Below the pieces are notes generated by a model, which saw only the letters and a list, made by a program, of their open reading frames with translations, ran no database searches and was not told where the DNA came from. The translations under genes and the position numbers were made by a program. DNA of 64,000 nucleotides from Mobula hypostoma (lineage: Eukaryota), in the NCBI RefSeq assembly GCF_963921235.1, contig NC_086097.1, positions 214,274,001 to 214,338,000 of the forward strand. The letters run 5' to 3'. Shown piece after piece: positions 37,308 through 50,800 of this stretch. Every line of letters starts with the position of its first letter. Within the stretch, counting starts at the first letter, position 1.

Positions 37308-38175
37308 ATCTGCATTCAAGATGAAGTAGTAAATTTGATTAGATATTGGCTTTGCAAGAGGACTCAAAGTGGTTGTAGATGGTTGCCTCTCTGACTGGAA
37401 TCCTGTGACTAGTGATGTACTGCAGGGGTCAGTACTGGGTCTGTTGTTGTAGGACGCTGAGGACTGTGGTAGAACAGAGGGATCTGGGAATATAGGCCCA
37501 TAATTCCTTGAAGGTGACATCACAGGTAAATACTATCTTAAAAAAGCTTTCAGCACATTGGCCTTCATAAATCAAAGTATTGAGTACAGGAGTTGGGATC
37601 TTATGTGGAAGCTGTATAAGCTGTTGCTGAGGCCTAACATAGAGTATGGTGTACAGTTTTGGTCACTTATATACAGGAAAATTTATAACAAACTCTCACT
37701 CAAAGTCAGCAAGACCAAGGAGATGATTATTTACTGCAGGAGGGGGAAACTGTAGGTCCATGAGCGAGTTGTCATCAGGGAACCAGAGGTGGAGAGGGTC
37801 AGCCTGGTATGGTAACACCAGTTTTCCTCCTGTGCAAGAGTTCAATTTACCCTGACCGAATCAACCTCCAGTGCCAGCACTGCCACGAGCAACATTGCAA
37901 CAAGAAGTGACAGCCTACAACCACTGATCACTAGCATAAGCCAGTTGCTCCCATCCATATCAACCATCGGCTCAAATCCTTCAGGTAATCGTCTTCGAGA
38001 AGGAGATGTTATGGAGAGCCGAAACAACCAATGCCAGCTGACAACCATTCCCAAGCTGACTTCCACTGATTGATCGCTGTTCCAACCAAGGTCTTGAATG
38101 TTCTTTGGGTAATTCATGCTTTGGCATGTACAGTTGAGTTTTGAATTTGAGATTTTGTACTTGCCTGGCTTTACT

Positions 38176-38920
38176 TGTTATGAGTCTGCGATCGTTTACT
38201 GAGACTGTTTCTTTAAGAGTGCCTGAGTGAGGTGGGACTATGACATCGGTCACAGGCTGTTGCGGTCTGTGCAGATGAGAGAGAGAGAGAGAGAGAGACT
38301 GACTCTGACGGTAGTTTCAGCTTGTCGCAGCTGAGGTTTGGAACTCTCCTATGCCCACAAGGGTGGGTTGATCATTGGCACTCAGTGCATAACAGGTAAG
38401 TGACTGTCACTTCGTATAATCCATAGGAGTGGATTTTTGGGGATATCTTGTGGGACCACTTGTGTAGCCCTTGTCTGGGTATGTTGTGTGGTAACCACTG
38501 GAAGACAATATTCCTGTGACAGGTCACTTTCGGTGATAATTCGTATGTGGACAGATTCTATGGACAAGATCTTCGGCGTATTTCTTTGTTTACCTGACGT
38601 GGAACCTGTAGAATACTTCACATTTCCCTTTTCTCTACGTTTCACCCTGGATTATAAGTATCTCTCTCCCATCATTTATTTTGAGGATGACTGAACTTTC
38701 CTACTTTACCATCTCAAGACTCTAAGCCTTGTTCCCCCAAGCTCAATTGTTTGGGAGTCATATTTACACACATATATACACATAACACTGTTAACTTTGT
38801 TTGTCTTGTTAAGTTACTATAAGTAGATACTAATAAAGATAGTGGTTTTAACATTAAAACCTGACCCAGTGTGAAATCTCTTGCTGCTGGTTTGCTTTTA
38901 AAATGTTACAGTTCGTAACA
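38176..38920 (+). mobile_element. Solo LTR
   Basis: TGTTA...TAACA termini, perfect TSD tact (38172-38175 / 38921-38924), AATAAA ~38832, internal (GA)n. Confidence 0.85.
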
Positions 38921-39024
38921 TACTGAATAAAGTAATATTTTGAATTCCGGATTTGCCCTGCCTCCTGGCTTCTGGTCTCATCAGTATTATGCGCAAGTGA
39001 ATACAACAATGTAGATCCCGCATA

Positions 39025-39590
39025 ATAGACCCTGAAATTCATTTTCTTGTGGGTATTCACAGTAAATACAAAAAAACACAATAGAACCAATGTAAGACCG
39101 CCCCCAACAGGATGGACAAGGAAGCAATGTGCAAAAGACAACAAACAGTGCAGTTACAAAAAAAAAGGAAATAATAATAATAATATATGAGCAATAAATA
39201 GCACTGCTGCCATCAGAAAGGAAGTACCCACACCAAGACCCACAACACCAAGTTCAGGAACAGTTATTATCTGTCAACCATCAGGCTCTTGAACCAAAGT
39301 GGATAACTTCACTCGCCCCATCACTGAACTGTTCCCACAAACTAGTGACACACTTTCAAGGACTCTTAATCTTATGTTCTTTATATTTCTTGTTTATTTA
39401 TTATTATTATTATTATTAATATTTTGTTTTTACACAGTTCATTGTCTTTTGCACATTGATTGTTCGTTCATCCTGTTGGGGGCAGTCTTTCATTGATTCT
39501 ATTGTGTTTCTTGTATTTACTGTGAATACTCAAAAGAAAATATGGTGACATTTTTCCATTTTGATAATAAATTTACCTTGAACTTTGAAC
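39025..39590. mobile_element. Two Rex1-type 3' UTR fragments in inverted orientation
   Basis: 39025-39200 is the reverse complement of sequence within 39385-39545; plus copy ends aataaatttaccttgaactttgaac. Confidence 0.7.
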
Positions 39591-39594
39591 AAGG

Positions 39595-39830
39595 AATTTG
39601 CCAGGACCTGAGGGCCTAAATTATAGGGGAAAGTTGAATATGTTAGGACTTTATTCCTTAGACCTTAGGACAACGAGAGAAGATTTGAGAGAGGTATACA
39701 AAATTATGAGGAGTGTAGATAGGATAAATGCTAGGTTGGGTGCATTGGGACTACACAGAATAAAAGTTTGGCGCGGACTTGATGGTGAAGGGCCAGTTTT
39801 GTGCTGTAGTGTTCTACGACTCTATAACTC
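39595..39830 (+). mobile_element. CR1 3' fragment, internally deleted
   Basis: LPGPEGLNYRGKLNMLGLYSL..EVYKIMR. Confidence 0.8.
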
Positions 39831-40439
39831 TACATTCAGTTACTGGACTTCTGAAGAATAGTGAAAATTAAGAACTGTTACTCTATCTTCGTAGAACCAA
39901 ATGACCTTTTAGTATGTGGCAGTTTATTGTGCTGAAATGTGCATAAGTCCTGGGTGACTCAAGGAACTTATTTTGAGCATCAAGGTTGATTGAAATGAAA
40001 TGTTGCTTCCTAGTTATAATTAGAATGTGTGTTTGCTTTCTGCTGCAGTTGTGAGGCAGTTCAACATCTCTCCACCATGTAAGAACTGTCACACTATGTG
40101 ATGGATGAAAGCCATTTCTATTTAGCTCTTTTTTCTATGTCTACTGCAATGTTTTGAAATTGGACATTACATGTAAAATTGGTATGGTAAAAACATCAAG
40201 TCCTTTCAATGTTTAACTATCAATGATTTTACTTTTATGAAAATTGTCTACATCTCATTGCCAAGTGGCATATTGTAGCAAACTGTTGTCAGGACAATGA
40301 CTGAATTAAAATCCATGGAGAATTTGCTTATATGCCCATGATCAGGTACTCTGCAAATGGCCAGTAGAGGGTGGTCACAGATGATTTTTTTTTAAACAGA
40401 GGTAACCCAAAGTTTGAAGACAAGTCAAATTGTCATTTT

Positions 40440-43342
40440 CAAACACGAGAAATTCTGCAAATGCTGGAAATCCAAATCAACATACACAAAATGCTGAGGG
40501 AACTCAGCAAGTCAGGCAGCATCCATGAAAGTGAACAAACAGACTTCCAATGACATCATCACCCAGAATGGCTGCCTAAAATAATAGCTCCTCCGAAAAA
40601 ACGCTTATATTGCCCCGTTAAACCGTCAAGTACAAAATCTCTCGATAATACTTGAACTGGTAAGGGGGGCAAGAATGGGGAAAAGGGATGGAAACAAAAA
40701 AAGTGCCATTGCAGAGCCTATAAACAAAGAAAATACAGAGAACAGCTCTCTCACACAGGCACATGATGGCGAAGTTAATGCTAACCCTCATTCAAACGAA
40801 GAAGCAAGTTTAGCAAAAGTTCTGGAGGAGATACGGGACTTTCGTAAAGACATAAAACAACAACTAAACAATATTAAATCTGAGCTCACCAACGTTAATC
40901 AAAAAATAGCGGAAGCAGAGACACGAATTGAAAAGGTGTAAGATCGCATTCAAAATGTGGAACAGGTGTTAAGCATGATGATAAAAGTGATGAATCAACA
41001 AGAAAATAAACTACTTGACCAAGTAGGAAGGTCTCGACGGAAGAATATAAGGATATATAATGTTCCCGAAGGAACAGAGGGGTTGTCTACAGTGGAATTT
41101 GTGGAAAAGTTACTACAGGACACGCTGGAGATTCCCCCGACTACGGAACTTGACATCGAGAGAGCACATCAGACGCTTGCCCCAAGACCCTCCGGGGATA
41201 GGGAAGACAAGCCACAGTCAATAATAATCAGATTCCTCCGCGACAAAACCAAAGCAGAGATTCTGCGCAAGGCCTGGGGAAAGAAGAAGGCATTCTTGGA
41301 CGAGAGATTAATGTGTTTTGGTCAAAATTACCCCTCCAGAGGTCCAGCAGAAACGTAAGGAACACTCTGAAATGAAGCGAGTGTTAAAGCAGAGAAAGAT
41401 TAGCTTCCAGACTTCGTACCTTGCTAAACTACAAGTGTTCTATGAGAACGGGATGCGGCTGTACCAGACAGTGGAGGAGGCGACTGCAGACATGAAGAAC
41501 AGAGGACTGCCCGTCAACGTGATCAGACCGAGGGAAAGCCTGGCTGAGCAGCTATCCTGCTCCGCCTGGGAAATGGTGGGAGGACCAAGAAAGCAGGGGA
41601 CGGGTAGGAGAGGCTATTCCCCACAGCTAGACCTTTGCTCTAGCTCAGCCCAGGGTCACTTACTAGAAACCTCAGCCTCGGAATCACACCTTTTTCTCAT
41701 TTGTGTTTCTTTGTTCTTACTCGTTCAGGGAGTAGATCGGCTAAGTTCTTTTCTGCTAATTTCAATGATACACTGACAGATAAATACACATGACTAATGC
41801 TAAAGGAAATGAACAAACAATGAATGTTTCAGGCTAAGACCCTTCTTCAGGACTGGAAAAGAAAAGAAAAAGTGCCAGAATAAAAAGGTGGGGGAAGAGG
41901 AAGATTGATAGCTAGAAGGTGATAGGTGAGACCAGGTGGGTGGGAAAGGTAAAGCGCTGGAGATGAAGGAGTCTGATAGGAGAGAACAGTGGACCACTGG
42001 AGAAAGAGAAAGAGGAGGGGCATCAGGGGGAAGTGATAGGCAGGTAGCGAAGAGGCAAGCGCCCTGAGTGGGTAGGATCCCTTTGGAGATGACAGAAGTT
42101 GCAGAGAATGAAACGTTGAATACAGAGGCTCATGGGGCGTTAGGTAAGGAAAAAAGGAACTATCATTGTTAAGGCGGCAGGATGATGGGGTGAGCGTGGA
42201 TTTCTGAGAGATGAAGGAGATGTGGATGAGAGCTGCATCAATGGTGGAGGAAGGGAAGCCACATCCTTTGAAGAAGGAGGATATCTCTGATATCCTGGCC
42301 AGGAAAACCTCATCCTGGGAACAAAAGCAGCAAGATGATGGAGCCGAGAAAAGGGAATAGTATTTTTACAGGAGATAGTAATTGGAAGAGGTATAAACAA
42401 GGTTGCCACGGGAGTTGGTAGGTTTATAAATGACTTTGATTGACAGTTTGTGTCCAGAAATGGAGACAGAGAGATCGGGAAAGGGAAGGAGGTGTCAGAG
42501 ATGAACCAAGTGAATTTAAGGACAGTTTGGTAGAGGGAGGCAAAGGTAATGAAATTGATGAGCTCAGCATGGATGTATGAAGCAGCACCAATGCAGTCAT
42601 CAATGTAGTGGATGAAGAGTTGAGGAGCGTTATCAGGGAAGATTAGAACATAGTGTTCTACATAGCTATAACTAGGGCTTATGCAGGTGCCACATGGTTA
42701 TCCCTCAAAGTAGAAATTGCTGAGGGTGCCGACTAGTTCTACTAGTGGTGGCGGCAGAGGGAAACTGGTTGCTTCTATTGTTGAGAAAGAAGTGGAGAGC
42801 CTTAAGGCCTTGTTGATGGGGGATACAGGTATATAGGGACTGAACATCCCTGGTGAAAATTAAGCAGTCAGGGCCAGGAAAGGTTGTGAGTAGATAGCAT
42901 GAAAAGTTTCATCGATGTAGGCGGGAAGGGACTGAACGATAGGGGATAGAACAGAGCCTAGATATGAGGACACGTGTTCAGTGAGGCAGGAGCAGGCAGA
43001 GACAGTGGACAATCATGTTTGTGAATCTTGGGTAGGAGGTACAAATGAGCAGTGCAGGGTAAGGGAACTATAAGATTGGTGGCAATAGATGGGTGTTCTC
43101 CAGAGTTGATGATATCAGTGATGGTGTTGGAGACAGTTTTCTGACGGTCAGGAGTGGGGTCCACTTCAAGGGGTTGTTAAGAGAGGGTGTCTGAGAGTTG
43201 CCACCTCTTCTCAGCAAGGTAGAGGTCAGTCTGCTGCAACACAACTGCACCCATTTTGTCTGCGGGTTTGATGGTCAGTTTGGGATTAGCGCAGAGAGAG
43301 TTTTGGTTCAGAGGGAGTAAGGTTTGAGGAGGAGTGAGGAGT
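40440..43342 (-). mobile_element. Decayed Penelope-like element (continues at 52081-52112), host to L1 and Gypsy insertions
   Basis: LTIKPADKMGAVV, YLLPKIHK, pLTR with degenerate hammerhead at ~41818-41856; pLTR end at 40440-40541. Confidence 0.85.
40542..41802 (+). mobile_element. L1-clade element containing only 5' UTR and ORF1 (disrupted)
   Basis: GACTTCC start; coiled coil then GRSRRKNIRIYNVPEG, DIERAH, PQSIIIRF; stop at 40939, frameshift ~41330; TSD atgaaagtgaacaaaca (40525-40541) / aaggaaatgaacaaaca (41803-41819). Confidence 0.9.
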
Positions 43343-46300
43343 TGTAATGAGAGACCTAAGCGAGGATGGTTAGGACCCATGTACCAGAGTATCCAAGTCT
43401 AGGCTTGAGGCAGATATCGAGACTAAACGAAGACAGGGCACAAGATGGGATGCTAGACGAGAATCCAAAGTACAGCTGATGATTGAGTGCCAAACCTCAA
43501 TTCAGGTGCTCTTAAATATTGAAATCCTGATGTCAGAGCATGACCACCAATTAGCAGGGCGGACCTAAATCTTTAAAGAGGTCATGCCAGCTATCCATAT
43601 TCAGGTGAGTTGGAGCACCTAAAGCTCAGAAGCTGGAGAGTTGGGTACATATCGCAACAGGACCCCCCTCCCCTGTGGCCAACACCAGACAGCCCTGGTT
43701 CCATGGACAGACAATGATGGTAATCATGGATGAGAGCCAGAACCAAGATGTCCCTTTCCAGAACCCAGCACCATTCCTCGGATCTGAACCCTTCCCAGTC
43801 CACGAGGAACTGACCAACACCCCAAACAGACTGTGAATCCGAAATTCTCACAGTGAAAACCAGCTCCCCATCAACAAACCTGTGTGGCGGAGGGACTAAT
43901 AGAGGTGGGGATAAAGGGCTGGTGTTCACAGGTTTTAGTTTGGAAATCTGGGAAGTGGGATTGATCATGAGGGTCTTGGGGAGCTGCAAGGGGAGGGCCA
44001 CAGGATTTACTTTCTTGAGAACCTTGAAGGGTCCAATAAACTTGGGCGCCAATTTCCTAGACTCCACCCTAAAAGGTAAATCATGAGTGGACAGCTAAAC
44101 CTGTTGGCAAGGCTGCAAAATTGGCCCTTGTCTGCTCTTGCGGTTAGCCTTTATTTCAGCCCTCCAGGTAGAGGACAACAAAATCTCCCCTGCCCTAGAC
44201 CATTTCTCCTTGTAGCATCCGATGAGGTTCTTGGCCACAGGAACCCCGATTTCGGCCCCTTGCTCAGGGAAGAGTGGCGGAAAATCCCCAAATTGGCATT
44301 TGAATGGGGACATCCCATGCACCGAATGCTGTAAAGTGCTGTGGGTGATCTCTGCCCACATCATATGGTCGCACCACTCATCTGGTTTTCTGAAGCCAGT
44401 GTGATGAGAGTCCTTGATGAGGACAGCCTAGACCCAAATGCTGGGGCTGAGACACAGTTTCAAACTGGATCGAGAATCGGAGCACCAAACAAACACTAGA
44501 CAAAGTCATGAGTAGGCTTACAATTGAGCACCGAACCTCAGTTCAGGGGCTCCTTAAATGCTCAATCCTTGGCACCCAAAACATGATTGGCAATTAGTAG
44601 GACTGTCCTGAATCTTTAAAGGGCCTATGCCTGCTATCCATCTGGGGAGATGGAGTACCTGGATCTCGGAAGCTGGTGCGAATGGGTGTGTGTTGTAACA
44701 GGCCCCCTCTCTCCTATGGCCAACTCCTGACAGCCCTGGCTGCTCGGAGAGATGACGATTGTATCATCGTTTTATCGGATGAGATCTGGATCCAAGAGGT
44801 CTCTCCAAGGCACCCAGCACCTCTCCTCCAGTCCGAATCCTTCCCAGTCCACGAGATATTGCCAAACACCTCAAACAGTATGTGAGTCCAAAATTCCCCT
44901 CATGATCAAAACTTGATCTCCATCAACAAACCTGGGTGTTGGCAGGGCTGATGGTGGTGGGGCTAACGGGCTGGTGTTCACAGGCTTTAACGTGGAAATG
45001 TGGAAAATGGGACTGATCTTGAGGATCAAGGGGTAGGCCACTGGGTTTACTTTCCTGAGAACCCTGAAGGGTCCAATGAATTTGGGCACCAATTTCCTGG
45101 ACTCCAGAGGCAAATCATGACAACCGGATTGGTTGCCCAGACTATAAAGCAAGTCCCCGTCTTGTCTTTTAGTACTGCTACTTGGGTTCTGTGAAAAAGA
45201 ACGTTGGTTCCCCAATGAACTGGCGCTACCAACTTGACTCGGGACAAAATGGCGGTAGGCTGATCCTCTCATTCGGGTTCATCAGACTGACAGGACAAAG
45301 CATCTGGCTTCCGGTTCCTTGAGCCGGTTGACAGATCAGGATGAAATCAAAGCAGTTAAAGAACAAAGACCACCTGGCCTGCCATGATTTCAGCCTCTTG
45401 GCCGCCTGAATATAATCCAGGTTCTTGTGGTCTGAACAAACAATGAAAGGGTTCCTAAATCCCTCTACGCACCATCATCAGCCCTGCCATTGTTCTAAAG
45501 CTGACCTAACCACAAGAAGCTTCCGATTCCTGATGTCATAGTTCACCTCTGCTGGGGTTAGCCGCTTGGAGAAGAATGTGCACGGGTGCAGTTTATTGTC
45601 CAAAGGTGACCATTGAGACAACGCTGCGCCCACACCGATTTCCGAGGCATCCATCTCCATGATGAAGGGAAGGTCCAGGTTAGGTGCAATCAAAATGGGA
45701 ACAGATCTTCCGACAGCTGCAGCTCTGGGCAGTCGGCCCGCATGTGACCTGCTTCCCTGCAGTAATGGCAGCAGCCTCGACTCTGACGCTGGAACCGCTC
45801 TTCAGCGGTGATTCTTATCTAGCCGATTTGCATGGGCTCAACAGCATCCTGAGCAGGAGCTGGGCTGATCATGGTCTGAGATCTGGGTGGGGGTGGGCGG
45901 AGGGGTAGAACAACGATGTGTTGAGTCTGGGCTTGGGCAAGCCATCTATGACCTCGTGATGTAGACCCACTTATACTCTGCAATTATCGAGATGAATGGA
46001 TTGGTCAATCAGAACCTCTAAGTCCTCAGCTGGTTCTCCCAAGGCAAGGGCATTCTTCCGTTTATCTCGGAGTCCGTGGCAGTATAGCATGGTCGAGGCC
46101 TTTCCGTTTCACCCACTCTCTTAGGCCAAGGTCTAAAATTCAATTGCGTACTCAGCTGCTAACACTCCACCCTGTCAAATATTTATCAGGTGGTCTGAGG
46201 CTTGACTGGCTTCAGTGGAGTGATGGAATGCTTTCCTCATGGCAGCCATGAATTCTTCTGAATCCGAGCAAACCTCTGATCTCCGTTTCCTCTTCCAATC

Positions 46301-46709
46301 AGAAGCAAGATAATGAAGGCCTCTTTCCCATGCTTCAAGGGGAACCAGGACGGCTGGAGTTCAAATACCAATGAGCACTGGACAAGGAGACCGCAGCAAG
46401 AACCCGGGTCATCATCCACTCTCTTCAGGATTGGAAGATGGACTGTCTCCTCAGAATGACCAACAGCCTCACGCAAGCGATTTTGCCCTCCTCCCTGCAG
46501 AAGTTGGCACACGGCAACCCGGAGTACGTGTATCCCCAGGCTCTGTCTTGAAATATTTTCACTATGGCTGGCCAGAGCTGACTAAAGGCTCCAATATCCT
46601 GCTGAGTCCATATTGACTCAAGAGTACCTTGACAAAGATGGCTTGGACCTAAATGCTGGAGTGTCTGATGCTAGGAACAAGATATAGTTCTGAACTAGAT
46701 CAAGAATTG

Positions 46710-47862
46710 TGTTACGTACACGCAACGGTTTAGATAGATAGATAGATAGATAGATAGATATACTTTATTAATCCAGAGGGAAGTTTGGTTTCGTTACAGC
46801 CACACCAACCAAGAATAGAGCGTAAATATAGCAATACAAAAAAACCCCAACAATCAATCAACAAAATGCAAACTATGCCAGATGGAAAATAAGTCCAGGA
46901 CCAGTCTATTGGCTCAGGGTGTCTGACCTTCCACGGGAGGAGTTGCACATTCGATGGCCACAGGCAGGAACGACCTCCCGTGCCGCCAAGTGTTGTATCA
47001 CGGTGGAATGTGGCCGAAGTCCAACAGTAAAAAGTTCAATATCCAGTCTGCAAGCACATTCCTCGATCGTAATAAACCCCGGATTGCACCATCCGTTGTT
47101 AGCCAGATCAGTAAGCACCAAGTTTAAATGAACCAGCAGCAACAGAACACACCTGGAGTCTGGTTTTGATGTTAAAAACCACTATTTATTAGTAACTACC
47201 TTTATAGTAATTTAAACCAGGTAAATCAAAAGTTAGCAGTGTTATGCATGTATATGTGTGTAAATATAATTCCCAAATTTGTTCAGGCTCGGGTGGCAAG
47301 ACTTAAAGTCTCACAGTGGTAATGTAAGGAAAGTCAGTTCAATGCTTGGAGTTGGTAGTGGAGAGAGAGGTGTTTGTAATCCACAATAGGAGGAGAACGA
47401 ATAAACAGGTGCAGTTGGTCTTCCATTGTTGGACTCCAAATCCACTCTCAAGTTAGCCAAATGTAGTTTATCACAAAAGGGTACCGTCTTCGAGGGAAAC
47501 CTACCGCCCAGGCGAGGGTAGACACACCGGTAGCCTCCACAGGGTCAGCCCTTCCACACAGCGTGACAGCCACTGATCGATTCTCAACCCACCCTTGTGG
47601 GTACTCGAAAGTTTCACGCAGTGACTCTTCTGTCACTAGCTTCTTTTCTTTGACCGATCACCTTAACCGGTGTTCCACTCTGTGTCTGTGAGAGAGTCAT
47701 CTGACCTTGCTTAAACAAACACGCTGCGAAACATCTGTAAACATCAACTGTCCATCATATAACTCCACCTCTCTCTCACCATAGCAACCCAGAAACAGGC
47801 AGCAGTACTGTAGTAAGTTTCTCTCTCTCTCCTTTTTAAAGGCACAGTCCATATCCGTCACA
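46710..47862 (-). mobile_element. Solo LTR inserted in the 5' LTR of the inner Gypsy
   Basis: TGTTAC...GTCACA termini; TSD attg / atcg; removing it restores gatcaagaatcggaacaccaaac, matching the 3' LTR at 44468-44490. Confidence 0.85.
46733..47121 (-). mobile_element. Rex1-type deletion derivative with (TCTA)n tail inside the solo LTR
   Basis: NNGWCNPGFITIEE..DIELFTVGLRP endonuclease remnant; (GATA)n at 46731-46762; flanking gttta duplication. Confidence 0.7.
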
Positions 47863-50800
47863 ATCGGAACACCAAACTAATACTAGGTGAAATCATGAGT
47901 AGGCTTACAACTGAGCACTGAACCTCAGTTCAGGTGCTTTTTAAATATGCAGCCCCTTACACCCAAAGCATAATTGCCAATCAGCGGGAATGTTCTGAAT
48001 CTGTAAAGGGACTGTGGCAGCTAGCTGTACTCCAGGGAGTTGGAGTGTCTGAACCACGGAAGCAGGCGTGAGTGAGTGCTTGTCATAACAACCAGGCATC
48101 CCAATGTTCCTTCCAAATCTTGGCTCACCAGCTCCATCTGGCCTTTAGGCTGCCGGTGAAACCCAGAGGAAAGACTCGCTGTTGCCCCAATCAGCTTACA
48201 GAACACCCTCCAAAAGCGTGATGCAAATTGAGGACCGCGATCCGACACCATGTCCACTGGAAATCCATGGATCCTGAAGACCTGGTGTAGGACAATCTCG
48301 GCCGTCTCCGCTGCAGATGGTAATTTGTCCAAGGCGATGAATTTGCAGGCCTTCAAAAAATGATGACGGTCTTCCCCTTGGAAGGAGGCAGACCCGTAAC
48401 AAAGTCCATGGAAACGTGTACCCATGGTCTGTCTGGATCAGACAGAGGGTGAAGGAGTCCTTGAGTTTGGGTGTGTGGTTCCTTGTTCCGGTAAGTGCGT
48501 CGATTCTCCAACGAATTGGTTCTACCATCTTGGCTTGGGGCAAAATGGTGGTAGGCTGCTCCCCTCATTTGAGCTCATTGAACTGATAGGACAAGGCATC
48601 TGTTTTCTGGTATTTTAACCCCGTCAATAGGGCAAGACTAAATTAAAGCATTAAAGAAAAGAGACTATCTGGCCTGCCTGATATTCCATCTCTTGGCCTC
48701 CTGAATGTTAGCCAGTTTCTTGTGGTCTGTCTGGACAATAAAAAGGTTCTTGGCCCCCTCAAGTCTGTGGTGCCATTCCTCCAGAGTCAAGATGGCGAGC
48801 AGCTCTCTATTTCCGCTGTTGTAGTTCACCTCTGCCAGGGATAGCCGGCTGGAAAGGAACGCACACGGATGCAGTTTATTGTCCAAAGGTGTCCATTGAG
48901 ACAACACAATGCATCCATTCCAACATCCAAGTCATCCACCTCCACAATGAAGGGAAGGTCCAGGTTAGATGTAACCAAAATGGGAGCTGTCATGAACCAC
49001 TGTTTGAGCTCTATGAAAGCAGGCTCCGCTTTGGTAGTCCAAACAAAAGGGCCCGTGGATCTCTTGATCAGTGCTTTCAGTGGAGTCGCCACTGAGCTGA
49101 AGTTCCTGATGGGCTTTTGGTAAAAAGTGGCAAATCCCAGAAATAGTTGGACTTGTTTCACATCGATGGTTGTGGCAATCTCTGACTGCCTGTGTTTTAC
49201 TATGGTCCATCCTGAGATTGCCTTTGGAGATGATGAATCCCAAAAATGAAATATGGTGGTGGACATGAAATTCAGATTTCTCCAGCTTGACGTAAAATCC
49301 ATGATCAAGAAGCCTCTTCAGGATATCTCCAACGTGAGCAATGTGCTCCTCCATGGACTTCAAGAAAATTAGGATGTCATCCAAGTAGATGAAGGCGGAC
49401 TTATGGAGAGTATCCCAGAGCACATCATTTATAAAGGTCTGGAAAACTGCTGGCGCGCTCACAAGGATGAAGGGTATGACCATGTACCCATAATGCGCTG
49501 TCGGTGTGATGAATGCCATCTTCCACTCCTTGATGCGAACCAGGTTATACGCACTCCCCAAAGTCCAGCTTCAACAATACTCTTGTCTCTTGGAGAGTCT
49601 CAGAGACAGTATTCATGATTGGAAGATTCTCAATCGTTATGTGATTCAGTCCTGTGTAATCAATGCATAACCACAGGCTTCTGACCCTCTTCTGCACGAA
49701 GAAGAAGCCAGCGCTGGCAGGACAGATGAATGGCTGAATGAATCCCATGGCAAGTGGCTTCCATATGTATTCCTTCATACCAGGCAGCAGACGTATAGCA
49801 CAGTCATAGAGTCAGTGCAGTAGAAGAGTTGAAGCCTTTCACTTGCTGAAGACCTCTTCCAAGTCCTTGTAGACAGAAGGGATTTCAACCAGCTCGGGTG
49901 CTGCGATTACCCTTGAACCCTCTGATGATTACTCCTGAGGATTCTTAGGTAGTGGGTTTGATTCTGCAGACCTCAGAGTCTCCTTCAGAGGTTCACAAGA
50001 GACTTTAGTTTAAACAGAGGCCCAGTCAGAGTCCAAAGCCTCATCTGTATCCTGACATCAGCAGTAAGGCGCTACAAATGGTCCCTGTGCTCTGGGACTA
50101 GGCTCCAGGGTTTACGTTTTGGAGCCTTTCTCTTAGATGGGAGCTGGTGATTGGAGCCCTTCGGCTTAGCTACTAGAGTACCAGACTGCGTGGGCACCTC
50201 CTTGGCTTGCTCCTGAACTAGAGGTCCTCACTCTCTAGTTCCAGCACACCCTCACCCCACTGGACAGACTGGACAGGGCCCGGACTCACACAGTCCTGTC
50301 GGCTGGAGCCGGCCTGTCTGCACTTGAAAGCAGGACTTCTGAAGACTCCATGTTACCCCGAACAAAAGTCTTCCCCCTTGTCATCCACTGGTTTTGGGAA
50401 AGTGTAGGCGTCGGAACAGCAAGCCGAGAACATACCTCCTCACAGTGACTGGACTATGTGATGATCCTCTCTTGCTTGTGGTTCACGGAAGGGTTATGCT
50501 GGGACAGCCAAGGGTGCCAGAGGATCAGGGGTATATGAGGAGACTCCATGATATAGAAATTGATGTCCTCCGCGTGATCTTCCAACCTCATCCGCAAAGC
50601 CATTGAATGCTGCTGGATCTGCCCGGAATCTAGCGGATGGCCATGCATGGCTGTTGCAGGCACGGGCTGGCTTAACTCCTGCAGCAATATGTTGAGCTGA
50701 TGGATGGTTCCAAAGTCCAGGAAATTACCAGCTGCCCCAGAGTCCACAAAAACATTTACCTCTCTTTGGTTCTTATTCCAGGAGATCGCTGCCTTCAGCG

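Larger units (their letters stand above)
34700..37690 (+). mobile_element. CR1 RT fragment split by a Gypsy element (34700-35359 and ~37310-37690)
   Basis: KSPGPD, VPEDWRIANVVPLFKKG, YIDFSKVFDK; reading resumes after 37310 with QGSVLG and AFINQSIEYRSW. Confidence 0.85.
44400..48090 (-). mobile_element. Related, internally deleted chromovirus nested in the outer element's integrase
   Basis: LTRs 44400-44700 and ~46620-48090 (interrupted), gag, RNase H (MDASEIGVGAALSQ), KFIGPF and chromodomain; no PR/RT/IN core; TSD gccag (44395-44399) / accag (48091-48095). Confidence 0.9.

Noticed and set aside
37825..39010. LTR-like host of the 38176 solo LTR (AATAAA, ends caaca)
   Set aside because: 5' boundary and TSD not identifiable; family unknown
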